From the sequence record NZ_CP081674.1: 64,000 nucleotides of DNA; one strand, written 5' to 3'. Numbering within the stretch: the first letter of the stretch is position 1; each line of letters opens with the position of its first letter. The notes below the pieces were generated by a model. The model was given only the letters and a program-made list of their open reading frames with translations, ran no database searches and had not been told where the DNA came from. The stretch is from a plasmid. The translations under genes were made by a program, and so were the position numbers. Below are positions 36,608 through 45,941 of the stretch, one piece after another.

Positions 36608-37207
36608 TCAGAGGGCACTGTCGCCCGATCGGTTGGGCGGATTGATCCGGTATTGCAGCCAGTTGGCGGCGTTGTCGATGGCCGATCCGTAGCGTGCGTC
36701 GACAGTAGTAAGTCTCTCGGCGATCAAGGCCGGGTCTACGAGCCGTTCTTGGAGGAGGGCGTCGACAAAGTCGCGGTCTTTTGGCCGGAATGCGCAGAGC
36801 TTGGCGACACACAGATCCTCTTTGTCCAGGCACCAGCCGATGTATTGGGGCTGTCCAGACGGCGCGGCGGTGTTGGCGTTTTGGACCTTGACCAGTCGTT
36901 CGCGCCAGCGGTCGGGGAGTGCCGCGGTGGTGAGGTCAACGCCGTCGATGCTGAACCCGTGGAGCTGCTCGAACGGCGAGAGCTCACCGGCAACGCCAAC
37001 GATCAGATCGGCCAGTTCCATGGTGACGTTGTTGTCATCGGTGATGGGCAGTATGTCGACTTTCATTGAGCGAGTGGCCAGTTCTGGCAGTTCGTATTCC
37101 GGGTAGGTGCCGAGGATCGCCTGGGACCCGATCACAATGACCTCGTCCTGATTGGTGATCTGGCAGGCGGTGCGAATCGCGTGCTCCAACTGATCGCGAC
37201 GCATCAA
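36608..37207 (-). CDS. minimal nucleotidyltransferase-fold protein (MNT/AbiEii-like)
   Basis: 'DEVIVIGSQAILGTYPEYELPELATRSMKVDILPITDD' matches the G-S-x-A…(S/D)-x-D polymerase-beta-type NTase signature. It has a 4-nt overlap with the upstream HTH gene. Confidence 0.5.
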   Translation of the reverse strand: MMRRDQLEHAIRTACQITNQDEVIVIGSQAILGTYPEYELPELATRSMKVDILPITDDNNVTMELADLIVGVAGELSPFEQLHGFSIDGVDLTTAALPDRWRERLVKVQNANTAAPSGQPQYIGWCLDKEDLCVAKLCAFRPKDRDFVDALLQERLVDPALIAERLTTVDARYGSAIDNAANWLQYRINPPNRSGDSAL

Positions 37208-37719
37208 ACGACCTTCCGGAGGGCTTCACGACGTTCCTCGTCGGGAAGAAGACCGCCCATGGGTGTGACCTCACGCATCTCGATGTCCTGGCGGTCGAGG
37301 CCAGTCAGTGCGCGACGCAATGCGGGCACATCGTTGGTTTCAACGATGCGTTCCCAGCGGTCAAGGTTGGCCAGGTGAGGCTGCCCGCGGACCCCGGTTC
37401 GCAGCCGTGTGATATTCGCAAGAATCGTTGGCCCCCAATTGGTTAGCGACACTGGGGTCAGGTGTGTGGCGAGCTGCCGGTGCACTGCCCAGGAGCGATG
37501 CTCCGAGCGCGTGAGGTTGGGGTTGACGGCTCGGCGGGTGATTTCGAGGCGGTAGCCCATGCAGGCGAGGAGGCGAGCCAGTTGGTCATCGCTGCAGTCG
37601 ATCTTGCCGGCCAGGATCTGGCTGATGCTGGGTTGACGGACTCCGCTGAGCCGGGCGAGTTCGGATTGGGTCATGCCTGTATCCCTCATGACCTCGTCGA
37701 GGACCTCACGCGCTCGCAT
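37204..37719 (-). CDS. XRE-family HTH protein (partner of NTase)
   Basis: 'MTQSELARLSGVRQPSISQILAGK' is an HTH_3 motif. The start is set at MRAREVL (ATG complement 37717-37719). A 7-bp inverted repeat lies just upstream. Confidence 0.55.
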   Translation of the reverse strand: MRAREVLDEVMRDTGMTQSELARLSGVRQPSISQILAGKIDCSDDQLARLLACMGYRLEITRRAVNPNLTRSEHRSWAVHRQLATHLTPVSLTNWGPTILANITRLRTGVRGQPHLANLDRWERIVETNDVPALRRALTGLDRQDIEMREVTPMGGLLPDEERREALRKVV

Positions 37720-37726
37720 ACTGCGA

Positions 37727-37745
37727 TTATAGCACCCCATGCTAT
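37727..37745. promoter_or_regulatory. inverted repeat TATAGCA-N5-TGCTATA (putative autoregulatory operator of HTH-NTase operon)
   Basis: Perfect 7-bp arms, unusually AT-rich for this DNA, located 8-25 bp upstream of the HTH gene start. Confidence 0.45.
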
Positions 37746-38038
37746 ATGCCAGGGCGCTGTGGGGCTCGTCCGATTCAAGTGGATGAGCACCAACATATGG
37801 TGATCCGGCGGAACTGGCCGGTTCAGGATTGCTCGACCAGGATCGTGCTCGACGCGTTTCGGGAATGACCATCCGGACGACGTAATGCGCTGTATCGCTA
37901 GCCATTCGAGGCGTAGTCGATCATCCTCAACGACCCGATTTGTCGCGGGGCAAGGGCGTACGTAAAACGTCACTTGACGGTTTCGTCGATCTGGGCCTGG
38001 TTCGACATGCGCGCTCACGCTGTGAATACTTCGAACAT

Positions 38039-38284
38039 ATGAGCGAGTGGAAGCTGAGGCATACCCGCCGGGGCTGGGTGGAGCCCGGGCCGCCGGAATA
38101 TTGCCGCAACGGCCATCCGCTGAGGCCCGGTGCCTATCAGGTCGGAAGCCAGGCGTGCCAGTGCGGGACTATCCATCGGGTATTCCACTGCGACGTATGC
38201 GCCGATCGGATGTACCGCAATCGGTGTCCGATCCGGGAAATGGTGAGAGTGGACCGGCGCTGTGAACTGGGAACTCTCATCTAG
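38039..38284 (+). CDS. small Cys/His-rich protein (zinc-ribbon-like), hypothetical
   Basis: 'YCRNGHPLRPG…CQCGTIHRVFHCDVCADRMYRNRCP'. Weak. Confidence 0.3.
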   Translation: MSEWKLRHTRRGWVEPGPPEYCRNGHPLRPGAYQVGSQACQCGTIHRVFHCDVCADRMYRNRCPIREMVRVDRRCELGTLI

Positions 38285-38847
38285 TCGCGGAAGACTCGAC
38301 GCCATTTTTCCGTGAAGACATGAGAGTGCCGGAGATAATCCGGAGAAACATGAGAGTGTCGGACACCCGAGCGCAGCCGCTACGGACCGCAGTGGTGGCG
38401 GCCTCGTTGAGCGCAGCCATCGTGCGAACGGCCCATCCCCGCCCGATTGGTGCCCATCTCGTCGACGATCTCTAGTTCCGGACTCAATCCACGCCTGGTG
38501 TTGTTGCGCGGGCCGTTAGGGCTACACGACGCTGAACTCTAGATGAGTTATCTGTAGGTCAGAGCGGGGGTGTACTCCACTGTCGCTGACGGTGGATTCT
38601 TGGTTGGTGCGGTCCGGGGGGGTACAGGCTTATCTGTAGGCATGTACTTGATGGTGTTTCAGTGATCGAACTTGGGCTGATCGTTTTCGCGCGTTGCCTC
38701 GGCGGGTGCGGCAGTAACAGACGGTCCACGGAGTGCAGGGAACGATCGAAGGGTGGGGGCGGCCATCGTCTTGTCGTTGGCCTGCCGGGCATCGCGAACT
38801 ACCGAAACTTCGGTGCTGATGATCGACCCGGCGTCCCCGCTGCACGC

Positions 38848-39441
38848 TCAGGAGTGGTCAGCTTCGGAGCCGAGGAACCCTGCGAGGGCAGTCCGTAGCC
38901 GGGTTAGCTTGCGGCCGGTGTCGAACTCGATCAGGGCTGCCTCCGCCACCATGCCGACCCACAGTTGAGCGCTCTGGTGGGGATGTGGCCAACTCATCGC
39001 CTGAAAGTCCGGTTCGCACAGCGTCGCATTGGCAGCGTTGCGCGCGCGCACCTCATCGGCAATCGCCGGTTCGGCTCGAGCCTCAAGGAGCAGTGCTCGA
39101 ACGCCACGCTCGCGCAGGCAGACGTTGAGGTAGGTGCTGGCGCTCAGCAGAAGGCGATCCACACCAGGTCTGTGGGTCTCGGTAGCGCTGATCGTGTCAG
39201 CCAAGATGCGGTCATGGAAGCCACGGTGAAGTGCAACCAAGTAGCTTGCGCGGTCGCCGAAATGGTGGAAGAACGTTCCTTTCGATACACCGGCCTCGTC
39301 CACTACGCGGTTCACGCTCAGGCCCGACAGCCCTGACTGCTCGGCAATGCGCAACCCAGCATCAACCAGTGACTGTCGGGTTCGCGCAGCGGTTTCTTGG
39401 CGCAGGGTCATCGCCGTGACATTACCGGTTGAGGGCGACAT
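38848..39441 (-). CDS. TetR-family transcriptional regulator
   Basis: N-terminal HTH 'TRQSLVDAGLRIAEQSGLSGLSVNRVVDEAGVSKGTFFHHFGDRASYL'. Confidence 0.7.
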   Translation of the reverse strand: MSPSTGNVTAMTLRQETAARTRQSLVDAGLRIAEQSGLSGLSVNRVVDEAGVSKGTFFHHFGDRASYLVALHRGFHDRILADTISATETHRPGVDRLLLSASTYLNVCLRERGVRALLLEARAEPAIADEVRARNAANATLCEPDFQAMSWPHPHQSAQLWVGMVAEAALIEFDTGRKLTRLRTALAGFLGSEADHS

Positions 39442-39467
39442 GGTTCAGTCGGAACCGTGACGTTCGA

Positions 39468-39905
39468 TCAGGTTGCCGGTGCCGATTCGGCGATGACGCT
39501 CGGCACGCTGGTCGAGATCGCTGGAGCAAGAGGGTGCGGGGGGTGAGCCAACGGCAGGTCCCCGCTGACGGTCCTTCGCCGCCCGGCGCGCCGTTGGCTG
39601 CGGCGTGCCAACATCTCGCCGTACATTTCCGATACGTGAATCAGCCCGGTCAACTGATATGTGAGCCAACCTTTTGGCGTCGACGGCAGGTTTTTCTCGA
39701 ATGCGATGTGGCCCAGGATGTTCACCGCCCAACCGGCGACGAACATCGACAACCCCGCCTTCGGTTTAGCGAATATGAGCGGCATCCCGAAGATGATCGT
39801 CGGGGCACCGATCAGGTGGGTGGCTTGCACACCTCGGCTCGTGTGCTGGGTGCGGTAGAAGGCGAGCTTTTCAGCAAATGGGGCCTCTGGTGGCGGAGCG
39901 TCCAT
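39468..39905 (-). CDS. small membrane protein (DUF962/Mpo1-like?) co-transcribed with TetR
   Basis: 'YRTQHTSRGVQATHLIGAPTIIFGMPLI…NILGHIAFEKN' has a two-TM pattern and is first in the operon. Confidence 0.4.
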   Translation of the reverse strand: MDAPPPEAPFAEKLAFYRTQHTSRGVQATHLIGAPTIIFGMPLIFAKPKAGLSMFVAGWAVNILGHIAFEKNLPSTPKGWLTYQLTGLIHVSEMYGEMLARRSQRRAGRRRTVSGDLPLAHPPHPLAPAISTSVPSVIAESAPAT

Positions 39906-39944
39906 GAAAGTTCCTTCTCGTTGGCAATAATCTCAACCTTACCA

Positions 39945-39964
39945 ATTGACCGACCAGTCGGTCA
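39945..39964. promoter_or_regulatory. TetR-type operator palindrome TTGACCGAC-CA-GTCGGTCAA
   Basis: Perfect 9-bp arms, 40 bp upstream of the membrane-protein/TetR operon start. Confidence 0.6.
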
Positions 39965-40445
39965 ATAGAGTTTTCGTATCGTCGTGCCTATGAGGCGAGC
40001 ACCGCGCGGTGAACAAAGTCCTCGATCAGATCTGCGATCATCGTCGCGCCGCGAGTGTTCTGATGGATGAAATCGGCGGTGAGGACGAGGCCTCGGCTCC
40101 GGCCGATGCTGTCATAGGAACGACGCAGAATCCGGTGCTGGAGGACTGAGGTGTACCGATATCTCTAGGTGGTGCAAAGGTATCCACGACATACACGACG
40201 ACTGCTGGTTCGGAGCGCAAGCGCCTGTCGTGAACGAGTTATCTACAGCTGATCCGTGACGACGGCGGCCTGCGTCATTGGTGCGCGCCAGCGAGGATGC
40301 GAAGTACTCGCCGTTGTCGACGCCGACTGGGTCAACGATCACATTCGACGGCTCCACGAGGGCGAGGCAATGTAACCAGAGCGATCAGGTCTGGACGTTC
40401 TCCGAGGCCGCCGCGCTGCTCGGCGTGGTCAGGCCGAGCTCGTGA

Positions 40446-40652
40446 GCACGTTGCCAGGCTGCGGCTAGATTGGCTGCCCGGCTGTCGGCGGACACCTCGC
40501 ACAGGAACTGGCTGCATTCTTTCTTGTTGATCTGCCACCGTAGTTCGGCGTATAGACGCAGGTAGCGGCGTCGGAGGATCACTCGCCCGAGGGCACCGCA
40601 GTCCTGGATGACGCGACAAGCTCGACCACCTGCGGCCTGGTCTTGTTCGAGT
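40446..40652 (+). repeat. copy 1 of ~200-bp degenerate direct repeat (~80% identity to 54184..54395)
   Basis: Visible alignment: …CACGTTGC…GGCTAG…CTGCCCGGCTGTCGG…CCTCGCACA…CTCTTTCTTGT(T/C)GATCT…CGTAGTTCGGCG…CGCCCGAGGGCA(C/T)CGCAGTCCTG(G/C)ATGACGCGAC…CTGCGG(C/T)CTGGTCTT…. Confidence 0.7.
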
Positions 40653-40744
40653 GCTTGGGATTGTTTGGTCCAGTAGGGGTGGACCCGCCACTGGGTGTCG
40701 CGGACGGGAGTCTTGTTCCAGCCCACGTTCGAACCTCGGCGTCT

Positions 40745-41842
40745 TTACACCATGGTGAGGTGTCGGGTGACGGGTTGATCGCTGGCGGTGCGAAATAGGT
40801 CAGCGCGTTGTGTGCTTGTGAGCAGGGTGATTTCGTCGAGTTCGGCGTTGGTGTATCCGGCCGCCAGGAGTTGTTCGAGCACTGAGCTGGTGAGTTTGGG
40901 TTGTTCGGCGGCGACGCCGGCCCGGTTCCCGTACATGCGGCCGGTCTCGTTGAGTAGCCGGAACATGGATCGGTACTGATAGTCGGAGAGGATGCCGCGT
41001 TCGCGGGCACGCATGACCAGTGACGACACGCTCACACCCCAGGTCAGGCGCAGCTCGTCGAGTTCGTGGACGGTGCGAATGGAGACCCGGTCCAGGTCGA
41101 ACGCGATGTCATCGATGGGCGCCAGGAATTCGGCGGCGAAGGCGGTGGCTCGGCGTTCGGTCTCTGTTGGGCTGACCAGGGTCATCGCGTCCATCACGAG
41201 GTGGCCGAGTTCGTGGGCGAGGGTCATCCGCATGCGGTCGGGAGGCAGGGCTGCGTTGACGTACACCAGATGCGGATGGTGCTGGTTTGCCCGCAGGGTT
41301 ACGGCGTCGATCTCGCGGTCGGCGAAGTCTTCGAGGATAACGAAAACTCCTGCGGCTTCCAGTAATTCGGCCATGGAACGGATCGGGCCGGCCACCCGCC
41401 AGAGGCGCCGCAGTACCTGCGCGGCGGTGATTTCGCCGTGCTCGGCGGCGTAGTCAGCGGGGTCGAGTTCGGGGAGCGCGAGCAGAGGTTCGATGTCCGC
41501 ACGCGCTTCGATGCGCCCGAGCCGCATCGCGATGAGGTTCGCTCGCGCCCACACGCGGTCACGTTTCCACTCCGCGGTGCTGGCATTGGCGCGGAAGTGG
41601 GTGCCTTCGGCCGGCGACCGGGTGAACGGGACGCACAACGCCTCGGGTGGGCACTGCAGGACTCGCGCGTAATCGAGCAGGGCTTTCCCGGCCAGAGGCA
41701 GGACACCGGATTCGACCTTGCTTACGTGTGACGCCGATACACCGACCTGGTCGGCCAACTTCTTCTTCGACCATCCGCAGGCGAGTCTGGTCAGCTGCAC
41801 CATCACGTTGTTCGCCTCAGCGTAGGGCTCCGGTGCCGTCAC
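40745..41842 (-). CDS. HTH-XRE :: ImmA/IrrE-family zinc metallopeptidase fusion regulator
   Basis: N-terminal HTH 'WSKKKLADQVGVSASHVSKVESG'; the HEXXH motif 'LAHELGHLVMD' lies in the C-terminal domain. Confidence 0.7.
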   Translation of the reverse strand: MTAPEPYAEANNVMVQLTRLACGWSKKKLADQVGVSASHVSKVESGVLPLAGKALLDYARVLQCPPEALCVPFTRSPAEGTHFRANASTAEWKRDRVWARANLIAMRLGRIEARADIEPLLALPELDPADYAAEHGEITAAQVLRRLWRVAGPIRSMAELLEAAGVFVILEDFADREIDAVTLRANQHHPHLVYVNAALPPDRMRMTLAHELGHLVMDAMTLVSPTETERRATAFAAEFLAPIDDIAFDLDRVSIRTVHELDELRLTWGVSVSSLVMRARERGILSDYQYRSMFRLLNETGRMYGNRAGVAAEQPKLTSSVLEQLLAAGYTNAELDEITLLTSTQRADLFRTASDQPVTRHLTMV

Positions 41843-42110
41843 AGATCAACTCCCCATCCGTCTCGGTGCTCGTGTCTGGACACTAACCCTCCGTCGAGCC
41901 GGAGCTCTGCAGAAACACCGTGTGATCTGCGTCTTTCTCGATTCTGTGGCTGTCCGGCCTGCGACAAGAGTGGCTGGTGTGACTCAGAACTCACCGTAGC
42001 GGTGATCTCGCCACCGATATGCACGTGTGCTGGTACGGCGTGGCGCACGCGACAAACCTTACCACGGTCAGCACGATTCTGGGCAAGATTTTCAATCGAA
42101 AGGTGCAGTC

Positions 42111-42839
42111 GTGACGGCGCTCTTTGAGGATTCCGAGCCGCGGGACCGCGCGGTGTCGCGTAAGGAGGCGACCCGCTTGCTGCGGCAGGTCACTACCGGG
42201 GTCGCAGCGCTGCTCCTTGCCGCTGTCGATGACTGGAATGCCCTGTCCGAGCGGCACGCTGCGCACCTGCGCACCGAGTTGCACGGGCTGCTCCGGGGTT
42301 CGCATGTCGCCGGTCTCACTGCGGCAAGCACTGCGGTGTGGCTGGGCACGCAGGGCATGCACCCGCCTGGTCATATCGTGTCGAAACCGCATCGGTGGCC
42401 GATGATCAGCAGCCACGGCAAGACCTACATGGCCATCCACCACTACGAGATGGAACCGACCAATGCGCGACGCACCGCGTTCTGCAACCAGGACTCCGAA
42501 ACCTTGCGGCTCATCGATGCCGAAACCTCGTCTCTGATAGGCAATCCCACGCATTGCGAATTGACGTGGGACTACGACCCTTACACCGATGCGCACATCC
42601 GCCGGATCTGGGTCAGCGCCCCCAGCGTCGACTGGGCCAGATTCGAAGTTCCCATGGCCAAAGCCCAAGCCCAGCTCGCGTCCTGGCGCAAGCGCAAGAT
42701 GAAGTGGCTGCCAGGAGAGCTGCCCGCCGACATGCACGCGGTGGCACCGTTGCCGGCCCGCGACGCACAGGAGCGCCTCCAGCCAGGCATCGAGATTCAG
42801 CCGCCGCAGCGCTCGAAGGACGCCGGGGACGCCCAGTGA
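42111..42839 (+). CDS. hypothetical protein (GTG start), first gene of recombinase operon
   Basis: Natural composition; 'GAVVTALFEDSEP…'; its stop overlaps the GTG start of the recombinase. Confidence 0.4.
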   Translation: MTALFEDSEPRDRAVSRKEATRLLRQVTTGVAALLLAAVDDWNALSERHAAHLRTELHGLLRGSHVAGLTAASTAVWLGTQGMHPPGHIVSKPHRWPMISSHGKTYMAIHHYEMEPTNARRTAFCNQDSETLRLIDAETSSLIGNPTHCELTWDYDPYTDAHIRRIWVSAPSVDWARFEVPMAKAQAQLASWRKRKMKWLPGELPADMHAVAPLPARDAQERLQPGIEIQPPQRSKDAGDAQ

Positions 42840-43948
42840 GGGCGGCGCCGGTGACCGTGCACGGGCAACCGTCGTGGACGGTGGTCGACGATCATGGGTT
42901 GCCGATCGCAGAGGTCGAGCAGTTCCTGCACTGGTTGCGGGCGGTGGGACGCTCACAGAACACCGTCCGGTCCTATGCACGGCATCTGAGCTTGTTCTAC
43001 CGGTGGCTCTCGGCACGCGGAATCGCTTGGGATGCCGTCGTCTTCGACGGGTTGTGCGACTTTGTCGGGGCGCTGTCAGTGGGATTGCCGCCGCTGCAAA
43101 CCTGGCGTAACGGCCGATCACCAGCAACGGTGAAAGCAGTCAGCGCGGGCATCCGAGAGTTCTACGAGTTCCACCGGGTCGAAGGCCGGGGACCGCTCGA
43201 CTTGGTGCTGACCCGCAACCCGTCGAGGCTGCCGCGCCGATCGCACAGCTTCCTCGCACACGTCGAGCGGCGCCGCCCCAGCGAGGTGTCACGCTTGACG
43301 AGACCGGGCAAGGCTGCAGCGGAGACGGTGCAGGTGATCGACTTCGAGACCGACTTCACGCGGCTACTGGAGTCAGCGTCCACTGACCGGGACAGGCTGC
43401 TGCTCTCTGCCCTGTATGACCTGGGGCTGCGGGTGGGGCAAGCGTTGGGGCTGCGCCACGGTGACCTGGACCCGATGCGCCGACGAGTGCGGGTCTGCCG
43501 CCGGGAAGACAACCAGAACGGGGCCTTGTCCAAGCAGCGGGCGCAGTTCACCGTGGAGGCACCGCGGCGCTTTTTCGACCTGTACGCCGCATACCTGCTC
43601 GGCGAACTCGCCGATGTGGACAGCGATTACGTGTTCGTGAACCTGTCCCGGCGCCCGCGGGGTGGTCCGTTGTCGTACTCGAACGCCTACCAGCTGGTGG
43701 AGCGCATCGGCACCTCCGCCGGCGTCGACGACCTGCATCCCCACATGCTGCGTCACACCCACGCCACGGCGCTGGCGCGGGCCGGATGGACGGCCGCCGA
43801 GATCGCCGCCCGACTCGGCCAATCGCACGCCGCCAGCGCCGACGTGTACATCCACCTTGCCGGCGATGATCTGGCCGAGCGGCTGCGCCGTACCGAGCAT
43901 CTGGTGTGGCGGGCACCGCAGAACAGGGCTGGCAATGACACGCGGTGA
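42836..43948 (+). CDS. tyrosine recombinase (TnpA-like, ~370 aa)
   Basis: SAM-like N-domain 'VEQFLHWLRAVGRSQNTVRSYARHLSLFYRWL'. The catalytic region is 'LRHGDL…HPHMLRHTHATALARAG…DVYIHL' (R…H-x-x-R…Y). Confidence 0.75.
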   Translation: MRAAPVTVHGQPSWTVVDDHGLPIAEVEQFLHWLRAVGRSQNTVRSYARHLSLFYRWLSARGIAWDAVVFDGLCDFVGALSVGLPPLQTWRNGRSPATVKAVSAGIREFYEFHRVEGRGPLDLVLTRNPSRLPRRSHSFLAHVERRRPSEVSRLTRPGKAAAETVQVIDFETDFTRLLESASTDRDRLLLSALYDLGLRVGQALGLRHGDLDPMRRRVRVCRREDNQNGALSKQRAQFTVEAPRRFFDLYAAYLLGELADVDSDYVFVNLSRRPRGGPLSYSNAYQLVERIGTSAGVDDLHPHMLRHTHATALARAGWTAAEIAARLGQSHAASADVYIHLAGDDLAERLRRTEHLVWRAPQNRAGNDTR

Positions 43949-45941
43949 GTCCCGGACCGAATCCCGCGGCGTGCGCTCCCATCCGACACTGCGGGTCCCC
44001 GACGGCCCATGGTGCCAGCCGACCTGGCAGGTGGTCGAGGTGGCAGGGGATCGCCGCAGGCAGGCCGTCGACCCATGCGCGGTCGACGGCTGCGACGGCC
44101 CCCAATACTGGCTGGGCGGCCCCCGCAGCAACTCCGCCGCCACGTCAGGACTGTGCTACGCGCACTACTTCCAATGGTTCCGCGCCGGCCAGCCGGCCGA
44201 CTTCACGGCCTGGGCCCAGACCGGGTCGACACCGGTAGGGCCGCCACGCGGCCGCACTTGCACCCAAGTAGTCGACTTCCGTCGGTTCCCGCCGACGGCT
44301 GCCGACGAGGTCCGGTTCGTCGTGGCCACCAAGGTCGGGAGAGGCGACTGGACGCCCAACGCCAGCCTCCGCCGCGTCCTCATGGTGCTCGTCGATGCGG
44401 CCGACGGCCGGGTCACGGATTCGCTGACCGAACGGCCCGTGCACGATTGGCTTCTGCTCTGCCGACAGCACTGGCCGCATGCCAGCTCGTTCGACACGCT
44501 GTGCGCACCGTACATCCGGAGCTTCTTCCGCCTGCTCGACGGCGCCACCAACCCCGACGCGTGGACCAGCGATCATTGGCACTGGCGCGATCAATTCGAG
44601 TTCGTCCTCGACGCCACCCAATCGGGATCCACGCACACCGCCGTCGACTGGTCATCGGTACCGGTGCCCTGGCTTAAGGTAGCCGTCAAAAAGCTTGCAC
44701 GACAACAGCTCACCACCGCCACCCTGTCCTGGGGAACCCTCACCCAATGGGTGCGCGCCACCCGCCAGCTGGCCCGATTCCTCACCACCGACGGCACGGT
44801 TCCCGATCCACCCTCGGTGACCCGTTCGCTGTTCCTTGACTACCTGGCCTGGACCCGCCGTAGCGACACCGACGCGGACGCCCGGTTGGCCAACACCGGC
44901 GCATACCTGCTGGAGTCGTTGCACGAGACCGGGCTCGTCTGCGACCTGGGCTCGGCGATGTTTCTGCGCCGCGGCGAGAACGTCCACCGCAAGACTCGCA
45001 ACCCTCGCCCGTTCCCGCCGGACGTCGTCGAGCGCATCGACACCCTGATCGTCGACAACCCCGAAACCGACCCGACACTGCGGGCGATGATTGCCACGAC
45101 GCGATGGGCGGGCTGCCGAATCTCCGAACTGGTCGCCCTCCCGCTCGACTGCCTGCACCACTGCGACGGGGGCTACTGGATCGAGTACTGGATGACCAAA
45201 ACCAACGCATGGCGCCGGTTTCCCATCCCAGACACCTTGGCCACCGTCATCTTGGCGCAGCAGACCCGCGTTCGAGACACCTACGGCCCCGAGGCCACGC
45301 ACCTGTTCCCCGGGGCGCGATCGAGCGCCGCCGTCGGACGCACACAGCCCTGGTCCACCAGCGGTCTGCGGCACCGTCTCTCAGTCCTTTTTCGCGAACA
45401 TGGAATCATCTCGTCGGCGATCACCGGTGAGCCGATCTCCGGAGGGGACGTCCACCGATTCCGGCACACCGTCGGGATGACCCTGCTCAACAACGGATGG
45501 ACCCAACAGGAAGTGCGCGACTTCCTCGGGCATCAGAGCGACACCATGACCTCGACGTACGCTCGGATAACCGACGACACGCTGGCCCGCAAGGCACGCG
45601 AATTCTGGGACAACAAGCCCGAGAACCGGTCTGGGGGCGACGCGGGTGTTGAGCGGCTCCGCGCACGATTCGCCGCGGCCCTGCCCAACGGGTTCTGCAC
45701 GCTGCCGTCGGCGCAACGCTGCGAGTTTCGGCCCAACCCCTGCCTGGACTGCTCCTTCCACGACCCGGGCGGCCGGGTCTTCCTCGGCGCTCATATCGTT
45801 CACCGAGACCAACTGCAGCGCCTCACCGACGATGCTCGTGAACGCGGTGACACCGAAGCGGTCGAGCTGAACACGACCATGCTCGCCAAAGTCACCAAGC
45901 TGATCGCCGAACTCGACCCCGACAGCCCGGAACGCCCGTGA
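43935..45941 (+). CDS. tyrosine recombinase (TnpB-like, ~668 aa)
   Basis: C-terminal catalytic region 'HRFRHTVGMTLLNNGW…GHQSDTMTSTYARI'; long N-terminal extension; ATG 43935 overlaps the upstream stop. Confidence 0.75.
   Translation: MTRGESRTESRGVRSHPTLRVPDGPWCQPTWQVVEVAGDRRRQAVDPCAVDGCDGPQYWLGGPRSNSAATSGLCYAHYFQWFRAGQPADFTAWAQTGSTPVGPPRGRTCTQVVDFRRFPPTAADEVRFVVATKVGRGDWTPNASLRRVLMVLVDAADGRVTDSLTERPVHDWLLLCRQHWPHASSFDTLCAPYIRSFFRLLDGATNPDAWTSDHWHWRDQFEFVLDATQSGSTHTAVDWSSVPVPWLKVAVKKLARQQLTTATLSWGTLTQWVRATRQLARFLTTDGTVPDPPSVTRSLFLDYLAWTRRSDTDADARLANTGAYLLESLHETGLVCDLGSAMFLRRGENVHRKTRNPRPFPPDVVERIDTLIVDNPETDPTLRAMIATTRWAGCRISELVALPLDCLHHCDGGYWIEYWMTKTNAWRRFPIPDTLATVILAQQTRVRDTYGPEATHLFPGARSSAAVGRTQPWSTSGLRHRLSVLFREHGIISSAITGEPISGGDVHRFRHTVGMTLLNNGWTQQEVRDFLGHQSDTMTSTYARITDDTLARKAREFWDNKPENRSGGDAGVERLRARFAAALPNGFCTLPSAQRCEFRPNPCLDCSFHDPGGRVFLGAHIVHRDQLQRLTDDARERGDTEAVELNTTMLAKVTKLIAELDPDSPERP

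Noticed and set aside
35779-36645. 288-aa plus-strand ORF overlapping the cyclase gene in another frame
   Set aside because: Arg/His/Pro/Gln-rich nonsense composition; the cyclase frame carries all catalytic motifs and an SD.
38311-38365. Tandem 30-bp repeat (CATGAGAGTG(C/T)CGGA ×2) downstream of the Zn-ribbon ORF
   Set aside because: Real in the sequence, but I cannot tie it to a gene start or a known motif; too short to call an element.
38540-40260. Three copies of GAGTTATCTRYAG as possible DnaA boxes or att sites
   Set aside because: Only 1-2 mismatches from a generic TTATCCACA DnaA box, but there are too few copies and no consistent spacing or orientation. Left as an unexplained short repeat, not a called feature.
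40385-40726. 113-aa minus-strand ORF lying on the left copy of the 200-bp repeat, considered as a gene
   Set aside because: Its counterpart in the right copy is frame-decayed and no family is recognisable. Reported only as a repeat until homology is shown.
41991-43127. 378-aa minus-strand ORF opposite the accessory ORF and tnpA-like gene
   Set aside because: Extreme Arg content and no motifs; it is antisense to two well-supported, translationally coupled plus-strand genes.
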